Of a stretch of 64,000 nucleotides of DNA, positions 61,362 through 64,000 are shown piece by piece. The position numbers and the translations under genes are program-made. Each line of letters opens with the position of its first letter. Position 1 is the stretch's first letter. The notes under the pieces were generated by a model, which saw only the letters and a list, made by a program, of their open reading frames with translations, was not told the origin of the DNA and did no database searches. Source of the DNA: Longimicrobiaceae bacterium (GTDB lineage Bacteria; Gemmatimonadota; Gemmatimonadetes; Longimicrobiales; Longimicrobiaceae); the NCBI GenBank assembly GCA_035707865.1, contig DASSTO010000009.1, positions 56,736-120,735 on the forward strand, read 5' to 3'.

Positions 61362-62248
61362 TGCACCTGTTCCGTCTGCTGTCCTCGGGCCTGGAGACCC
61401 TCGGCGTGACCACCGCTGCCACTCCTGCGCAGCACGAACTCGTTGCAGCCCAGCCCGTTGTTCCGCTTCACCACGACCGGCTCGAAGCCGCGGTCGCTGT
61501 AGTAGCGTAGGATCTCGTCCGCGGTAGCGACCTCGTAGGGGTAACCGCCGACCCAGTCGATGATGTCACGCCAGCGGCTCATGCCGCGGTTGCCCCGGTA
61601 GCGGGTCCAGAGGTGGACGTACTCCTGCGGGCGCAGCCGGAGCACGGCGCGGCCGACCGTCCTCGCCTCGTACGGCAGCATCGCCAGCACGGCGTAGGGC
61701 GCGCGCAGGGGGGCCGGGAGCCCGCAGTAGCGCTTCTTGAGCCTCCGCCAGCGGTCGCTCTCCGGGCCCATGTCGTTGTAGAGGGCGATGAAAAGGAGTC
61801 CGCCGTCGGCGACACGCGCATGGACGAGATCCAGCGCCTTCCACATGTCTCCCGTGTGGTGGAGCACCCCCCATGAATACACTATGCCGAACGTGCCCAG
61901 TGACGCGAGATAGTCCGCGTCGAGCGCCGAGCCCTCCTCCACCGTCCACCGGAGGTCGTCCGGGAAGTAGCGCCGACGCAGCTCCCGCGTGCAGGCAACC
62001 GACTGGGGATCGTAGTCCAGCGAGTGCACCGTCGCGCCGAGGCGCCGGGCCGCGAGACTGAAGAGCCCGCTCCCCGAGCCGATGTCGAGGAAGCTGCGGC
62101 CCTCGAGATCGTGGACCCCCAGCATCTCTTGCAGCGACTCCTGCGCGCGCTGGATCCGGCCTTCGTCGAGCAGCCCGAGGAAGCGCGCCCAGTTCGCACC
62201 GAACTCGAAGCGTTCTCCCCGCGATACCTCGCTCGCATGTTCGCTCAT
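61358..62248 (-). CDS. class I SAM-dependent methyltransferase
   Basis: 296 aa. SAM motif I FLDIGSGSGLFSLAARRLGA. Its stop overlaps the oxidoreductase start (ATGA). Confidence 0.8.
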   Translation of the reverse strand: MSEHASEVSRGERFEFGANWARFLGLLDEGRIQRAQESLQEMLGVHDLEGRSFLDIGSGSGLFSLAARRLGATVHSLDYDPQSVACTRELRRRYFPDDLRWTVEEGSALDADYLASLGTFGIVYSWGVLHHTGDMWKALDLVHARVADGGLLFIALYNDMGPESDRWRRLKKRYCGLPAPLRAPYAVLAMLPYEARTVGRAVLRLRPQEYVHLWTRYRGNRGMSRWRDIIDWVGGYPYEVATADEILRYYSDRGFEPVVVKRNNGLGCNEFVLRRSGSGGHAEGLQARGQQTEQVQ

Positions 62249-62290
62249 CGAAAGCCGCTGGCAGCGGTGAACGAGTGGAGAGAACAGGAT

Positions 62291-63538
62291 TCAGCACGCA
62301 GAGTCGAGGGGCGTACCCAGTTGCTGATTCAGCAGCCGCGCCATCTCCGCGCAGCGCCCCGGCCACGACTCGCCCGCCATCGCGAGCGCCGCGTCGCGCC
62401 GCGCATCCGCGTCGAGCCCGGCGTCCAGGAAGGAGCGGATGCCGGCGATGAACTCCTCCGGTGCGCGCGCGGTGCGCAGCATCGGGTTGTCGCGTAGCAG
62501 CTCGATCTCCGGCAGCGCGGTGGCGACCACCGGCATCCCGGCGGAGAGGTACTCGCGGAGCTTGATCGGATTGACCGCGGCCGTGAGCTCGTTGATGACG
62601 AAGGGGATCAGCCCCACGTCGAAGGCCGCGGAGTAGGCCGGAAGCTCGGCGTAGGGCCTCTGCCCCAGCAGCCGGACGTTGCGCCGGCTCTCCAGCCGGC
62701 TCACGTCGGCCTGGACCTTCCCGATCAGCACGAGCGTCGCTTCCGGAAAGGCGTCGGCCAGCGTGCAGAGCAGGTCCTGGTCCACCCACTCGTGGAGGAG
62801 ACCGAAGAAGCCGAGGATCGGCCCCTCGACGTCGGCGATGTCGGCGGGACGGGGAGGAGCGTCGAGCGCCGCCTTCGCGAAGTGCCCCCACTCCACGCCG
62901 TGCCGCATGAGGTATGCCCTCTCCGTGTACTCCCGGCAATCGTCCAGCAGCTCCGCGGAGGAGGCGAAGACGACGTCCGCCTCGCGGCAGAGCTGCGCGT
63001 GGCAGGCGCGCATCACCGCGCCGTCGTAGTCCGAGAAGGACCACCAGCGGTCCACGCAGTGGTAGACGAGTCCGCGGCCGGGGAGCTTCGCCAGGTACGG
63101 CGCCACGGTGGGCGTGTAGACCCAGCGCAGCGGCTCGCCGCGGAAGCCCAGCTTGCGGACGGTGCTCCGGATGGAAGCGCGGTAGAGCTCCCGGTTGATG
63201 GCGTTGGCGACGCGGCTGCCGGGCAGGGGCACGCTCAGCGCGCTGAGGACGTGGAGCCGCTCGTGCTCCCGGATCAGCCCGCCGAAGGAGCGCTTCAGCC
63301 GGCCCCAGATCCGGCTCAGGTCCGTGGCTTTCGAGAGCTGGGGCCGCCGCATCCCGCTGGACTCCACCCAGAGCACGTCCGTGTGCCGGGAGAAGCTCCG
63401 CATGATGTGGTGCTTGCTCGTGGGATCGCCGCGCCAGTCGTTGGCGAAGCAGACGATCGGCGGGGCGTCGCGCAGGGCCGCCGCGAGCTCGGCCTCGATC
63501 GCGGAGACCCCCTCCGGGGCCGCGGTCGTCGAGTTCAT
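62291..63538 (-). CDS. glycosyltransferase (GT-B fold, GT1/GT4-like)
   Basis: 415 aa from ATG 63538, which overlaps the upstream stop by 1 nt (TGATG). C-terminal FDVGLIPFVINELTAAVNPIKLREYLSAGMPVVAT. Confidence 0.75.
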   Translation of the reverse strand: MNSTTAAPEGVSAIEAELAAALRDAPPIVCFANDWRGDPTSKHHIMRSFSRHTDVLWVESSGMRRPQLSKATDLSRIWGRLKRSFGGLIREHERLHVLSALSVPLPGSRVANAINRELYRASIRSTVRKLGFRGEPLRWVYTPTVAPYLAKLPGRGLVYHCVDRWWSFSDYDGAVMRACHAQLCREADVVFASSAELLDDCREYTERAYLMRHGVEWGHFAKAALDAPPRPADIADVEGPILGFFGLLHEWVDQDLLCTLADAFPEATLVLIGKVQADVSRLESRRNVRLLGQRPYAELPAYSAAFDVGLIPFVINELTAAVNPIKLREYLSAGMPVVATALPEIELLRDNPMLRTARAPEEFIAGIRSFLDAGLDADARRDAALAMAGESWPGRCAEMARLLNQQLGTPLDSAC

Positions 63539-64000
63539 CACACTGCTACCACGGTCGTGAGAATGGAAACGGGAAGGTTCACCTCCCCGTGCAGAAGGAT
63601 GCACGAGCGCGAGCGGCGCTCTCCGTAGCGCTCGCTCGCCTCCGACGGCACGAGCCGCGCCATCGCCCCCGGCGGCACCGTGACGCGGACCCGGACCCCG
63701 GGCTCACCCGGCAGGACGACCTCGCACGCGCCGTCGCGGACGCAGATTCGGCTGACAGTCTCGGCCAGGTGGAGGCGCCACGCGAGCGCCTCGGTGCCGG
63801 TGCCCTGGACGCGGTCCTCGATCGTCCAGGTGCCGGCCCGCACGTCCGCCGTGACGGCGCGGTGGACGACGGCGCCCGACGGCCGGTGCGCGTAGCCCCG
63901 GTGGCGGCCCGCGAAGTGGAGCCGCTCGGGCGAGACCTCCCACGCCGTGCACGCCGAGCGCGTGCGGTCGGCGAGGACGCGCCAGGGCCGGTCCGCGCGG
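63538..64000 (-). CDS. 3' end of a gene continuing beyond the window (function unassigned)
   Basis: The frame stays open from the window edge to TGA 63538-63540 (...SACTAWEVSPERLHFAGRHRGYAHRPSGAVVHRAVTADVRAGTWTIEDRV...LHGEVNLPVSILTTVVAV). The beta-rich tail is reminiscent of heparinase II/III-type C-termini, but I cannot support that call. Confidence 0.55.
   Translation of the reverse strand, partial: RADRPWRVLADRTRSACTAWEVSPERLHFAGRHRGYAHRPSGAVVHRAVTADVRAGTWTIEDRVQGTGTEALAWRLHLAETVSRICVRDGACEVVLPGEPGVRVRVTVPPGAMARLVPSEASERYGERRSRSCILLHGEVNLPVSILTTVVAV

Overview
Very GC-rich bacterial DNA. Codon-position GC bias is so strong that nearly every real gene has a long antisense or out-of-frame shadow ORF. 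I separated real genes from shadows by amino-acid composition, signal peptides or lipoboxes, catalytic motifs and start/stop coupling. All family calls come from reading motifs by eye; no searches were run. I saw no rRNA, tRNA, CRISPR array, transposase or integrase. Contents from left to right: (1) 83-6337: a PAAR gene followed on the same strand by a CsgG-like lipoprotein, an outer-membrane beta-barrel candidate and a 1141-aa Big_2/FN3/RCC1 surface lipoprotein. (2) 7708-13017: a complete plasmid-type replication/partition module on the minus strand (rep, four 18-bp iteron-like repeats, wHTH orf, operator/centromere-like repeats, parA, parB). It carries arrays of a C(T/C)GATAG heptad and three copies of a 17-mer, so the window probably lies on a plasmid or chromid. 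(3) 13040-23471: a c-di-GMP signalling island with a CheY-like receiver, a GAF-PAS-DHp-PAS-GGDEF-EAL protein, a REC-HD-GYP protein, a hybrid histidine kinase and a PAS-GGDEF protein. (4) 25312-63538: an exosortase/PEP-CTERM exopolysaccharide locus. It encodes three PEP-CTERM substrates, Wza-like and Wzc-like export proteins, a priming sugar transferase, exosortase and EpsI, a sigma-54 activator with a soluble kinase, glycosyltransferases, a Wzy-like polymerase, three AsnB paralogues, a CapK-like ligase, a sulfotransferase, two methyltransferases and a two-domain oxidoreductase. (5) The most notable non-coding signal is three c-di-GMP-I (GEMM-I)-like riboswitch aptamers. One lies ahead of a Big_2 lipoprotein gene and comes with an anti-SD/decoy-SD platform. 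A tandem pair lies ahead of a 625-aa lipoprotein gene. All three share an unusual ACGCAGAG core. Other points: a pseudo-receiver/degenerate-GGDEF protein with an intact RxxD site sits between the export genes, and sigma-54-type promoters are candidates ahead of at least two locus genes.
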